Part shown: positions 11,521-23,859 of the stretch, one piece after another | How positions within the stretch are numbered: the first letter of the stretch is position 1 | How the letters are laid out: each line of letters starts with the position of its first letter | Assembly (NCBI GenBank): GCA_011109175.1 | Contig: RDEW01000045.1 | Span: forward strand, 239,417 to 303,416 | Length of the DNA stretch: 64,000 nt | Reading direction: 5' to 3' | DNA from: Dicyema japonicum | Taxonomy: Eukaryota; Animalia; Dicyemida | Made by a program: the position numbers and the translations under genes | Notes under the pieces: model-generated | The model's database searches: none | Seen by the model: the letters and a program-made list of their open reading frames with translations, nothing else | What the model was told of the DNA's origin: nothing

Positions 11521-14140
11521 TTTTTGGTTGAGGTGGTGACGTCCCTCTACTTGCACTATGTCTTCTTCGTATTGCTTACCAGTTTCTCCCCTCACTCTTG
11601 GATCCCTCAACTGCCGAGGCCTCAATCAGTGCTACAAGAAACAACAATTGGCGCGTGATCTGAGTAAATACAACATCTCTGTCTGTTGTTTGCAAGAGAC
11701 GAAAATAACCGAACAATCTGCAGAACTGTTTCAGAATTTTTACCTTTTGACCCTCACACCAGACTGCAGGCACTATGGGCTCGGATTTGCTGTTCATCGG
11801 CACTTGTTTCACTGTGTCTCAAGAGTATGGGCAGTATCTGACCGTGTCGCGGTGTTACAAATCAAATGCGGAAACAAACTCAACTCAGTGATCTCCATCA
11901 TAAATGTATATGCCCCAACCGGAGCACGTGTATCAACGAATATCGAAGAACTGGATACGTTTTACTCTACTCTCACAAGTGTGTACAACTCACTTTCATC
12001 CTCTTACTTTCTTTTTATCGCCGGGGACTGGAACGCCAGGGCCGGAAAAGCAAGACCTGGTGAAACGTGTATTGGATCCCACGGTAGAAACCGCCGTAAC
12101 ATCCCCGGAGAGGCATTAATACAATTTTGCACGGCATTCAACCTACTCATATGCAACACTTGTTTCAAGCACCCGGCAAGACACAGGACCACGTGGGTTG
12201 GTACCAGAAAAGGCAAATCTGGAAACACAGTCAATATATACAATCAGATCGACTATATTATCTGCAAGCAACATCAGAAGGCCCTCCTACAGGACTCGAG
12301 ATCTTACGGTGGACTTGAAACAAGTAGCGATCATAAACTTGTGGTCGCCCGGCTAGTACTTAAAAGAATCCATGGAATACACGGGAAACACAAAGGCCTT
12401 ACCTCAGTACGTTTCGACACTGAGAGGTTACGCTACGAAGAATCCACCAAATGTCGTTATAGTGCAGTTCTGAGAGATAGCATCAACAGTATTAACCAAA
12501 ATCAGCCGACAAACAGCTTATGGGATGAAATAGTGGTTGCTATCCAAAACACAGCCTTTAGTGTGCTTGGTCACATCACCAAATCTCGTCACAAACAATG
12601 TAATCCGGATATCGGACAACTCTCTGTAACACAGAAAGAGCTCAGACTCCGGATGGAAAACACAAACGCTCCGGAAGATATCAAAGTACTGCGCACCCAG
12701 AGAGGGAGAGTCTTAACGAAGATCAAACAAATACAAAGATTCCTTGCCAAAAATGAAGCTGAGGAGAAAATCTCAGACATATTAAAGTACAAGAACGGAC
12801 CAAGAATGTTCAAAGCAATCCGGCTTCTTAGCAGAGAAAACTGTCCAATTTCGTTAACTGTCCATGACAACCTTGGTCACGACGTTATCGGGACCATTAA
12901 CAAAGCAAACGTTCTGGCATCCCATTTTGACCTTATGTTCAACAAACAGGACGCGGCTGACCAAGCAATGAAATCTCGGAAGTCTTACAAGTACACTCTA
13001 ACTAGCCCTATTACCATATCCGAAACTCAACAAGCTATTAAAAAATTAAATACCGGAAGATCTGCCGGACCAGACTTCATTACTGCAGAACTTTTACAAT
13101 ACGGCCCGGAGGAGCTAATTGAAATGATTACTAACATTTTCAACCGGTCTCTCGAGGGTGCAGATGAACTGGAACTGGGAAAAGGGTGGCTAATTCCACT
13201 ACAAAAACCGGGAAAAAGTAAAGGCCCCCCACAACTTCAGACCTATTATACTCCTAACCTCCATACGAAAAACATTATCCCTCATTGCTTTAAACCGAAT
13301 AAAGGAGAGGGTGAACATATTTCTTTCGGACGGCCAAAGTGGATTCCGGACGGGCAGGTCCACGGCTGACGTGGTATGGGGGCACAGGTGGTATTGTGCC
13401 CTGTGCCAAATATGGTTCTTAACCGTTAACACCGATAAAACAGAGTTCACAACACTTACACGCAATGATCGAAGATCGGACGAGTCTTGGAGAAAGCAAA
13501 AGAAGGTGGGTTCGCTTCTCGGGGACTCAGAAGATGTTTCTCGGAGGAAAATCCTCGCAATGTGTGCACTAAAGAAAGTATCGAATATGTGGGGTCATAA
13601 GAAGAGGATGGGATTAAACAACAAACTCAGAATATATAAGGCTTTTGTCATCCCCGTCCTGACCTACAATTCAGGCACTTGGGGAATCTCTAAACAAGAG
13701 ATGGACCGTCTTGACGCTTTCCACAGGACACAATTGAAATCAGTAATCAAGATCAAGTGGCCTAAGAAGATCTCAAACAATGACCTCTACTCGAAGTGCA
13801 AATCTGGTATACTATCCGAGGAGATCTTCAGATCAAGATGGAGTCTCTTTGGACATATCTTACGTCTAAATGCTCAAGTACCCGCGAATATCGCCATGGA
13901 AAACTACTTAATGCATACGGGAGCCGGTTTCCGTGGAAGACCAAGAGTCACACTCCCAACTATTTTGAATGGAGACCTGTCGGCTGTGGGACTGAAGCTC
14001 ACTTCCGCAGACGACCTAGATACCTTAAGGGAACTGGGCACGAAGTAGAGGGTCCTGGAAAAGGCTGATAGAGAGGATGGCTAGAAATACGGCACAAGGG
14101 AGGCTTGACTTCTCGGGAGTGCTTTAAATAATAATAAATA
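11521..14140 (+). mobile_element. RTE-like LINE with both ends and an 11-bp TSD; RT core deleted
   Basis: TSD ATATCATAATT at 11510-11520 and 14141-14151; (TAA)n-like tail; APE endonuclease motifs (LNCRGL, CCLQET, NVYAP, GDWNA, QIDYI, SDH) followed by a partial RT. Confidence 0.92.
11558..14048 (+). CDS. RTE APE-RT polyprotein with one frameshift (about 13225) and in-frame loss of the central RT motifs
   Basis: ORFs 11558-13369 and 13311-14048; HRWYCALCQ is joined directly to WFLTVN, with no LSRAFD, PQGD or YADD. Confidence 0.85.
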
Positions 14141-14399
14141 ATATCATAATTGATAAGATTAGTTATCAAAATATGCATAAACAGAGTTTATTAAGGATAG
14201 ATAAAGTTGTTTGTAAATAATCAAATTTATAAAACGATTGATAGGATGTTTGATAAACTAGAGTCAATTAAGGTTTTTTGAGTTCACTTAAGCCTCTAAT
14301 CTCACTACAAATGTAATTCCCATTCTTCATAATTTAGAGACTGCACAATCTCTGTCAAAACGTTTGATATGCTGTAGTTTGATTAATAAAAGTCCTGAA

Positions 14400-15600
14400 A
14401 AAATTTGAGAAGTCAGACGAATCTAATTTGAATAGGAAAATTATTATTATAATTCACATTCGCAATAAGAAGGTTATGTACTACATTCATTTTAAGATCA
14501 ATGTTCATTATTGGCTTCTTTCTAAAAGCTCCTGAGAAGAGGAAGTATGATTCCATAATATCGCAAGCAAGAACGGCATGATTCATCCGTAATATGTGCC
14601 TAAATAACCCCCATCGGGTAATTATTGTATCCAAGTGCTCCGATTTGCAGATTATGTATGTTCTCGGTTTTCGATCACCATAGTGTATCCTCAATAGAGT
14701 CCTTTGTTTTCTGTGAAAAGCATTCAAGTTATATGTCCGAGTTAGTCCACACGTTCCCAAATTGTAGAGCAGTATTGGTAGAACGAAAGAATTGTATAAT
14801 CGTACATTTGCTGGTCTTGAGACATGCACGTATCTTAGCCATGTCGATTATAGTTTCTTCAGTGCTATTGTTGACAACATATTTCTTCCAAGTCGCCAAG
14901 CAAAGACCTGACTTTTTTTGCTCTTATACGAATTCCATTGGTAAGTTTGCTTCATCGTTTGATTGTAATAAGGTCGGTATTTTGTTCGTTCATTTTCAGA
15001 AACCACTTTTCAAATACTACAGGAGCATGATTAAGAGCAATTCTGATATGATTGATTGTCCTCGGAAATAACATTCATGTCATCGTCATCTGCATATATT
15101 ATTTCCAACAAATTTTTGCTTTCGAGTAAAGAGTAGCTTTTAGATAAACAACAAAAAGAATTGGTGATAGTGAGTCACCTTTTGGAGTTGCAAGATACGT
15201 TTTAAATTTGCAAGAGCGTATGCGTTTTCATTTGCGAAACTTCCGTGTTTGAAAGTAGAACCATGGTTAAACTGTTTAGCAACGTTTCTAGTAGTCACAC
15301 GAGCTTTCCTCTACGAACAGTATCAAAAGTTCTCGTTGAATCAATCCCCAGAATATAACTGCCTTTTGAACCTTTGCGTCATAGCGTACATCCATCTATG
15401 TGACCACACAATATCCAAAGTAGACTTCCCTCTTCTGAATCTACTTTGTCCCAGCAACAAGGACTCATCTGCAGTAGGTTTTGTGAAACAAATACAGTCC
15501 GACCTCGTTTCGGAGCATTCTTCATTGGGAGTCTTTTTTCCAGCATTACTTTCCAAATATAAAAATTTTCTGGAGCCCCAAACCGGGCAAATATAATAAA
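14400..15600 (-). mobile_element. RTE-like LINE remnant
   Basis: RRGKSTLDIVWSHRW, YADD-like motif, YNSFVLPILLYN and RWGLFRHILR on the minus strand. Confidence 0.8.
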
Positions 15601-15639
15601 CCTCGCTGTTTCGAAAATTTCGATTTTGAAGATTTTGGT

Positions 15640-16473
15640 GTTTTATATTCAGCTTTCCAAAAGTGCATGGATGACTGGGAACAATTTTAAAAGCTTGTTA
15701 TGCAAGCTAAATGAGAAATTGGTTACTCAACAAAGAAAAAATATTATGCAGAATGTCATAAAACTATTGAATGCTCCAATATTGAATTCTTTTTTTGCAT
15801 AAAAATACGACACCATATACACAGTCATTAGATATGAGGATCATATACTCAAATTTGTTAATCGAATTTTTATGTCTTCAGGACATCGAAAGTGATCTTA
15901 AAAAAACGTCTTTTAAAACTAAACCTTCGTCAGGTTGTAATGCTGATTTCAAAAAGTTAGAATGAAGAAACAGAAATTTTAATCACAGATTGTTGGAAAC
16001 AAATTGAAAAAAATCGTGACTTTTTAAATATTGATGATCGCCTAGCTGATGAAATAATGACCGAAGCTACAAATGAAATATTAACCGAGGCTGATGATGA
16101 AGAAACTATTGAATGCGACACTTTTATCTATAATAAAGATATAGCTGAAAACGAGGACGTGACAGAGAAACAAATTCTGGAAACTTTGAATAGTCTGGAA
16201 CAGAATATTTCCTGCATAACACTAAAGTCATTAAAAAAATCTACGAATTCCGAATGACAGTAATGAGAAACATCCGAAATGGTTACAAAATTGGAGGAAA
16301 AATAACCAATTACTTCGTTAAAGAGCAACTTGATAGATACTATTAATCAGATAATTAAATTTCTTACCTTTTTACATTTATATGGTTTAAATTAAAAGAT
16401 TTTAGAATGGAAAAAACAATAACCTTTGTTTCGGGGCACCCCTGCACAAAGTTCCCAAACCGGGGTTACACTG
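15640..16473 (+). mobile_element. pogo/Tigger transposase 3' remnant with right TIR
   Basis: KSAWMTGNNF and LNLRQVVMLISKS*NE...DCWKQ resemble DDE_1-type motifs; the end reads GGGGTTACACTG followed by TA. Confidence 0.65.
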
Positions 16474-16689
16474 TACATAGACATTCTCATTGACTCTCTT
16501 GCGTGTAGCAGTGTTCACAATTAAGTCACTAGATAAGAGTCTGTAACTGTAAATTTAAGATTACAGATTATGTAATCTATCTCATTGTAGATGGGAACTG
16601 TCTCCCCATTCTGATTTTCCTTAGTCTCACCCAATTAGACATATGTTTTGTCGAATGTTTGAATGCCATGTTACACATAATTTAATTTA

Positions 16690-17060
16690 TTAACCCCGGA
16701 TGTTACACATAAGAATATCAAATGCACAGAACAAGTCAACCAGAGCTGCACCATAAGGATTTTCATTCCTTTGCTATGAATAAAATTTACATCTCTACCA
16801 CACGTTCCCACTTTTGCGTTCCAATCGCCTGCAAATAAAGTAAGGGGGAAGCATATCTCCCAAGATTCTAGTATAAATTTTCAATTTCTTAAGAACATTT
16901 CATTGCTATAACCATTCTCGTTTTCCGGTTGTTAATTGTAAATCTTCTATCCTGTTACTTACACTCCAGCACTTTTGAATCGAGTTGGCATATCATTTAT
17001 GGATCACAAACCCATAGTATTGTCGACATTCTGGGTTTAGGAAGATTTACCTGTATGATC
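16690..17060 (-). mobile_element. RTE APE-domain fragment
   Basis: LFAGDWNAKVG...YGAALVDLFCAFDILMCN on the minus strand. Confidence 0.6.
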
Positions 17061-17149
17061 CTACTTAGTCCTTTAGCTTAGTCTCTTAGAGGCAATCTAC
17101 TGAAACTCCATAACGGACGAAACTCCATAACTCAGATAAGTTCTTCGAA

Positions 17150-17480
17150 GAGAAAAGGATATTCCTCCAACGCTGAGAGTCACAAGTAAAATTTCTTCAG
17201 GGTGTTTTGTAGACATTGGTGCAGTTTAGAACAGATTATTCGGCATGTGTGAAAAATAAATAATTTAAGTACCACGTCATCAGTTCGACCAAAAAGAGGA
17301 AGGCCTAGAGTCACCCTCCCTGTGGCTCTAGACAAGCATCTTAATGGAAATAAAGAAAACTTAAATCTGCAGAAGACCTAGAAGATCTACGGGAAGATGC
17401 GCAAAGCAGAGGGCGAAGTAGACGCCTAGTGAAGCAAATTTCGAAACGTGTGACACAAACGGGAACTTAGTTAATGTAAC
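17150..17480 (+). mobile_element. RTE 3' fragment
   Basis: RGRPRVTLPVALDKHL...AEDLEDLR matches the other RTE C-termini in the window. Confidence 0.6.
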
Positions 17481-17899
17481 GTTCTTTGGTTCCTGATGTG
17501 TTAAACAGTGACTTCATCTTTTTCTCGGCGTTGCTCCCTCGTGCCCGCGCATAATTGTTACAAAACGGGCTGACTGAATTTACGAGCACATTATGGAGTC
17601 TAGTCTCATAAGAACATTCAGAGTCGTCGTTCCGGTTCGGCGATTTCTAACGCTCCGTTATTCTGATAGCCCTAAATTTATAATTTGATGATGATTAATA
17701 GATTCTTGAAATTTATAATCTCAAAATAATTATTCAACTTTTTTGAAATAATATAATTTAAATAAATGGAGGAAAAAGGGTAATTTTAATTTGAATATTC
17801 TATTTTCAAAAATTTGATTGTTGTTAATTTCGATTTTCAGACCTGGAGGAGATCGATGCTTCCCTCAGAGACATCCTCGGGAAATACATGCGGACAATC

Positions 17900-19400
17900 T
17901 TTCGTTTCCGTATGGGGAAGGTCATCCGCGCATGACAAGTCTGATTTTGAGTAAAATAATGCATAGAAAAAGTTTATGCGATGTCGAGCGAAGTGTAGGT
18001 ACTAGGAAAATCGTACCTACTACAATCGGAAAATCAATGCTCTCCAGCGAGTAATTAAGAAGGGATTTGTGGAACCGGAGAGTGAAAGATAGAAGAGGGC
18101 AGCGAAAGGGTGAATCCCGACTTTTGGATGAGCTGAAGAGCTTGTCGGGTAGAGGGAAGGATTCTTCTACCCGTACCTTGTGTCGCTCGGATGGTTCTAA
18201 AACTTCGGATTCAGCCAAAATTGCTGAGATATCTGCAGCAAATTTTGGTTCCATTTCGATAATTCTTCCAAGTGAATTGGTCTAGAAGTCTGCCTGTCAG
18301 TGCATAATAAAAGACACCCTATCAGACCTTCAGATGGGGTTTCTAGAGGGGCCATCCTGTGGTGATTGCCTTTGTGGGTTGACCATTCATATCCGACTGG
18401 TGTAGTTAAGGTGGTGTTTAAGTACAGATAGTGATCTCGCATCCAATATAGTGCGGTTTACATAAGCGACTACTTTGTCCATGGAAGTAATACCATCCAG
18501 GTGCTGCAATAGATTGTCATTAAGTGTACGGTGAAGTCTCCAATCTGCGCGTTTGTAGTTGAATTGTTCTGGGGATCTCCTCCTAGTTGACGTTTCTCTC
18601 TTGATCTCCAAAAAAATGGAATTATGGTCGCTTCTTGAGTTGTAGGTGACTGACCAAGTCGATATTGCCGCCAGGGGGAGAACAAAGCGTGATGTCTGGA
18701 GAAGTTAGTTGGTCTGACTCCCTGAAGGAAGTTCTCGTATGTTTCCTTTGAAATCTGTTGAGATATAGGCCTTCTTTAACTTAACTTTCTTCTTAATCTT
18801 ATGTGTGGTAAAATAAATGTGCTCGACTTTTCTGGATTTACCACGAGCCCGTTCTTTAGAAGTCGAACAGGTCCAGGTTAATTTCAACGATATTATACTC
18901 CGAGCTCGCAAAAGATACATTCGTTTCGAGATATCACTATCTTTTTCCAATCCCTGGCTGTCTAACAAAGTTATTGTGGTTTGAAGTTCATCAGGATCTT
19001 CTCGACTACCTCAAGCAGATCCTTATAGTCCTTGTGTCCACTTTCCGATAACGACATTCTATAAGACATTCACAAAGAATATTATATTGCGCGCATGACC
19101 TTTCTAAGATATTCAAGGCACTTTTTGCATTACTCACTGATACAAGGCGTGCGCACCATAGGTGATCATAGGCAACACCATGTTGTTTAACACTTTGGCC
19201 CAGACATCAAGGCTTAGCTGAAAAGCCTTCAACGCTTCTAATCTCTGCTCATCTAACATCTTAACGAGGGCAATGTGATCCAGGAAACTAAATTGGAGTT
19301 GCAAGTCACTCCAAGGTAGCTCATTTGCCCTATGACCTCTATTTCAATATTTGCCGAATTGGAAGGCTCCAGGTTGTGATGGGATCTATAATTTCTTCAT
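17900..19400. mobile_element. Mosaic of Jockey/I-like LINE fragments on both strands
   Basis: APE-RT linker-like LKSLSG...DG...IAEISA (+); NYKRADW (-); RT-thumb-like VLPMITYG (-). Confidence 0.5.
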
Positions 19401-20600
19401 TAAGAAATTTAATCATCTTTTATTTATTGACGATTTAAAACTTATTTCGACTAGTGAAGATGTTATTAGATGATGGAAATGTTAATTTGTACTTCAATGC
19501 TGTGGGGCTGGAAAGGAATCTAGAAAAGTCCGCTACAAATGTCTTGTTGTTATCAGATGAAGCCAAGGTGCTAGAGGGAATAAATGGATATAAATACATC
19601 GGTGTATTGGAAGGTCCTTCCGGACAAATTCAAAAGCCAGAAATGTTAAAAATAATTTCTTCGCAAGTAAACCAGAGAATTGAGAAATTGGTGAATACAA
19701 AACTAAATGCAGTGAATTTGTTTAGGGCTATTAACGAGCATGCTCTGTCTTTATATAACTATTATATTGGACTCATTAATGTGGAACCCTGTGAATACGA
19801 TTTGAATGACTCAGCTATCCGCACCATATTGATTAAACATCGAGTCAATCTCAAACCTGCATGCAAGCAGAGGCTTTATTTAACGAGGAATTACCTTGGG
19901 AGAGGGCTACGCTCAATTTCTCTTCTAAGTGAGAAGATGTTATATGGATTTTTTCATGATTTGAAACTCAGAAGTACTGTTTGCAGTTGAAGTGCCGCAA
20001 TTCTTCAAGCCGAAATTTCAGAGAAAACACATTTGGCATTAATTGAAGAATTTCTAAGGCACAAGTATTCTGTTTGCGACACTTCTGAGTTGGATACAAA
20101 ATTGATATAGAACATGCAAAAAGAAGGTTTAATGAATCAAATAAGATTGAAGAGTCTTCATTCCGTTATTTATAAGAATCATTCAGTGCAATCCATTGTA
20201 ATGAATGACTCAGTTGAAATCAGAGTTGACACCTTCATCAAAACGGACATAATTATTGAGCATAACAAGCCAGACTCGTTCGTTTTTGATTAAAAGAGAT
20301 ACAAAATTATCTTGGTCGAAGTGGGAATAACATCTTCCCAAAATCTGCAGCAGGTGGAATGCGAAAAGCTGAGGAAATATGACCTTCTTTCCAAAGAGCT
20401 GGAGTTGATACACCACACAGAGGTCAAGATTGTCCCGATTGTACTCACTTGGGATGGCCTAGTGACTTCGCATTCGTGGAAGTATGCCAGATCTCTGAAT
20501 ATAAGTGAAAGAACGTATGCGTATGTCCAATCGCTGGTAATCAAGAAGACTTTGGAGAGTATGATTGTATCATATAGAAAAGCTTTTATTTAATTTTAAT
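19400..20600 (+). mobile_element. R4/NeSL-like non-LTR element: RT C-terminus and restriction-like endonuclease
   Basis: HLLFIDDLK, LNAVNLFRAINEHA, KPD...ILVEVGITS...EKLRKY. Confidence 0.8.
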
Positions 20601-20653
20601 TAAAATTTTAGGAGGAATAAGCAGGAATTTAATATTATCATCGTATGCTCCCA

Positions 20654-21393
20654 TGTTCCGGAATTCGCTCCTTAACAGGTATGGAGTCGTATGTATCTAC
20701 CCGTTAAGGGGCAAATTCCTATACTTTGCTTCCATACTCCCCGTATACCTAATATGAAGTGTGGAAAAATAATATTTATTACATGTTATTTCTAAGAGAG
20801 TGTCTGATAAATTCCAAAGAGTATCGTGGTATTCCTGTATTTAACTCTTTCGTGGAATCATGTTCACGATAATCCTGAAAGTTTTAATATAGAAGAATTG
20901 GATTCCAAAAAGTATTTAGGTATTCTTGGATTCTACACAGTTGTGGATTTAGATTTTCAAGAAAATCCAAATAGTTTTAATATGGAAGAATTGGAAGTTG
21001 TAGAAAATTCCGACATTTATAATAAAGGTTTTTTATTGTTATTTATTAGTAAAGATGATGAGTACCAGGTTAACTTTGAGAGGGTGATTTTGCAGTCTTC
21101 ATATCATAGAAGAATGAATAGGAAGATGGGAGTGCATCGATCAAATATGAGTTAGACGTTGGAGATATTTTATTCTATTTTTAATTACTTAAAGGTTCGT
21201 ATTCAAAAAGATTATGGGACAAATCCCTCACAATTTTGTCAAAGTCGAAGATAGTGCTGGGTCTATTAAGAAAGTTTATTCACGACGACTAAAAAATTCA
21301 AGACGACTTGAAATAATAGTAATTATCACTTGTTAATTCCTAATAATTGGTCTTAGTTAACTTTGATGTAATATATTATTTTTATTTTTGACG
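20654..21393 (+). repeat. Unclassified dispersed repeat, copy 1, with modular ORF 20826-21155
   Basis: Long near-identity to 34709-35105; internal ENPxSFNxEEL module. Confidence 0.75.
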
Positions 21394-21399
21394 ATGATT

Positions 21400-22170
21400 G
21401 ACAGGCTTTCGACTATGTGTCAAGGCGGATTCTTACTTGGAAAATTTATCTAACAAAGATCCCCGGAAAACTCAAACTCTGGCTAGCTAACTTCTTTAGT
21501 GGTCGGAGGGGACGCGTCTGCATTGGCCAGTCAAGGTCTACTTCACGGCTTCTCCCTAACGGGGTTTCCCAAGGATCCCCTTTGTCTCCAGTTTTATTCA
21601 ACCTATTCATGGCGGACCTTTTCACTCCAGACTCCGAAAATGATATTATTCTAACTTATGCCGACGACATCGTCATTGCCTCACGCGATCAGGACATCCA
21701 AATTGCCACTTCGAAATTGCAAGAAAATCTGGACCGACTTGACAAATGGCTATCGAAGAATCGTTTAACTAGGGGGTCCTTACGGACATATACCATGTGT
21801 CTATTAATTTAGATTTTGTGCATATGCTCTGAAAAACAATCGACAATAATCCTTACTTTAAAACCCAACAAGGACCCGCGTAACCTAGGATCCTTGTGAC
21901 CAATTTCATTCCTCTGGGCTGCATCAAAGATCTTCAAGAGATGGACATACCCACATCTAAATTTCTTCAAATCTCAGCACAGCTTCAGCAGCAAATATTC
22001 AATCTCAACTCACATAATCGAGCTAACTGACTTTATTGCGGTTGGATTCAACAATCACAAATTACCACTCCGTACTATCCCGGCCTTTATCGACATTTGT
22101 AAGACGTTTTATAGGATCTCCCGGCACGTTGTTTGCAACAAGATAACTTCATCGAGTATTCCTTAATTTA
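21400..22170 (+). mobile_element. Jockey/I-like RT fragments
   Basis: GVSQGSPLSPVLFNLFM and TYADDIVI. Confidence 0.78.
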
Positions 22171-23450
22171 TAAGATATAGTTGAAACCGCAGTGGACTCT
22201 GCTCAGATGGTAACATGCACAAGATTTTTGACATCACCAGATTGCGTCCCTGTTTTCCAGGCAGAAAGGAAGTTGCCATTTATGAATCATTGAAAGAATA
22301 TTCAATGAAGTTTCTAAAACATGACAGGAAATACTGCAAAAGTTTAGCTTGTGTCAATAGAGGCTAGGTTTGTGGTGGTTTAATCTTTTCATAATTAAGT
22401 GGTTCAATTCAGGTTCCATTTCTACGACATGATACATGCAAGAAGGTGTTGATTGGCTACTGTTTTCGAATTTATGTAATAAATCCAAACTTCCCTTATT
22501 AGTAGTTCAATGCTCGTATCCCCACAACATTCAAACTCTGTCGAGCACTGCGCCCAAGGTAAGTCCAGTTTCGTTACGTAGGATTCTTAGACCAAGCGAC
22601 TATTGTTCGAAAGCAATGAGAGGCAAACAGACAGTACAGCTTTCATAAGGGACCTTAGCCCAATGTAGGGGATTTCAGTAAAACCAAGACTGCTAGACAC
22701 GGTTGTACGAGTGTTTCGTAACAGACATAACCCTTACAGCAGCACTGACTCCCCTTCCATCAGATTTCGATTCATCCTCTCTTTTAGTTTTTTAGAATTT
22801 TCATGTTTTTTTACGTGCTTCACAATTGTTTCTCCCCCTCTTCCTTTAGGTAATTGCTCAGCCTCAATTTTTAGTAACCGTAACCCAGAGGTGTGGTCAT
22901 TAATACTGATGGAATCATCGATTAATGACGTGAAACATTCCGCTGCAGAAATATGGGCACCTTAAGTATCTTTAGTGAAATCAGTCTAGTTTTCGGGGTC
23001 TCATATAATGTAGAAAATAGGTTTAGATGCTTCCAGAATACGGGAAATCATTTACTTATACAAATTGGTGGTTCTGGTTGTGATCAACATGCATGCAACA
23101 CGCACTGTCCCATTTGTAATGGGATCCATCGTCGGTTTAGACACTAACGTACCCAAGATGGAAACATCTCCCACAAGACGTACAGTTCAAGCCTTACTTC
23201 CTTCGTTGCAATGTAAACGAGATACGCACACCTCCTCGGATCTCACAGGTAAAATATGACCTAATACGTCTCCTGATACTCTGTTAATTGATCCTTCATT
23301 GATTTTCGGTATCCTTTCATTTTATTTTCTTCTTTCTTTCCTCATTGCAGAGAATTCACTCCACATTACTAATTAAACTATCTTGAACTGTCTACATATT
23401 TACCTCCGGTTAGGCTATGACCCAAATCGCTACGTACCACCAGATATCAA
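22170..23450 (-). mobile_element. Highly degenerate LINE-like segment, possibly ORF1 with a zinc knuckle
   Basis: CGRCFHLG motif near 23150-23175 on the minus strand; the rest is stop-riddled. Confidence 0.3.
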
Positions 23451-23612
23451 AAAGGGGAGGATTGCGAGAAGGATTACCGACTGAGCGCATTTCCATAAAA
23501 ATCTGGAGTTAGGCAAATAAAATGCCTAAAAAATCGTTGGGAGTGGTTCTCTTCAAATGACTCAGATAGGTTGTCTCACAACTGTTATTTATTCACAAGT
23601 AAACTGAAAATC

Positions 23613-23858
23613 CGGTGTCCAGACATTTGGCCGACAGATATTAGGCCGACAGGAAATTCTGGTTTTAAAATTCAGAGATAAAATTCAAGATAAAAACATT
23701 TACTTAAATTAAAAAGCGCAGTCAAAAATGGTTTGTAAAAATTCCATTTTTTACCGTTATTAAAATACATAGTGTATTTATTGATCATTTATGCTTAATT
23801 GAATTGTCGGCTAATGTCCTGTCGGCTAAATATCTGTCGGCCAAATGTCCTAGTACCG
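23613..23858. mobile_element. MITE with about 35-bp terminal inverted repeats
   Basis: GACATTTGGCCGACAGATATTAGGCCGACAGGA (from 23622) is inverted at 23817-23849; the core is AT-rich and non-coding. Confidence 0.75.
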
Positions 23859-23859
23859 A

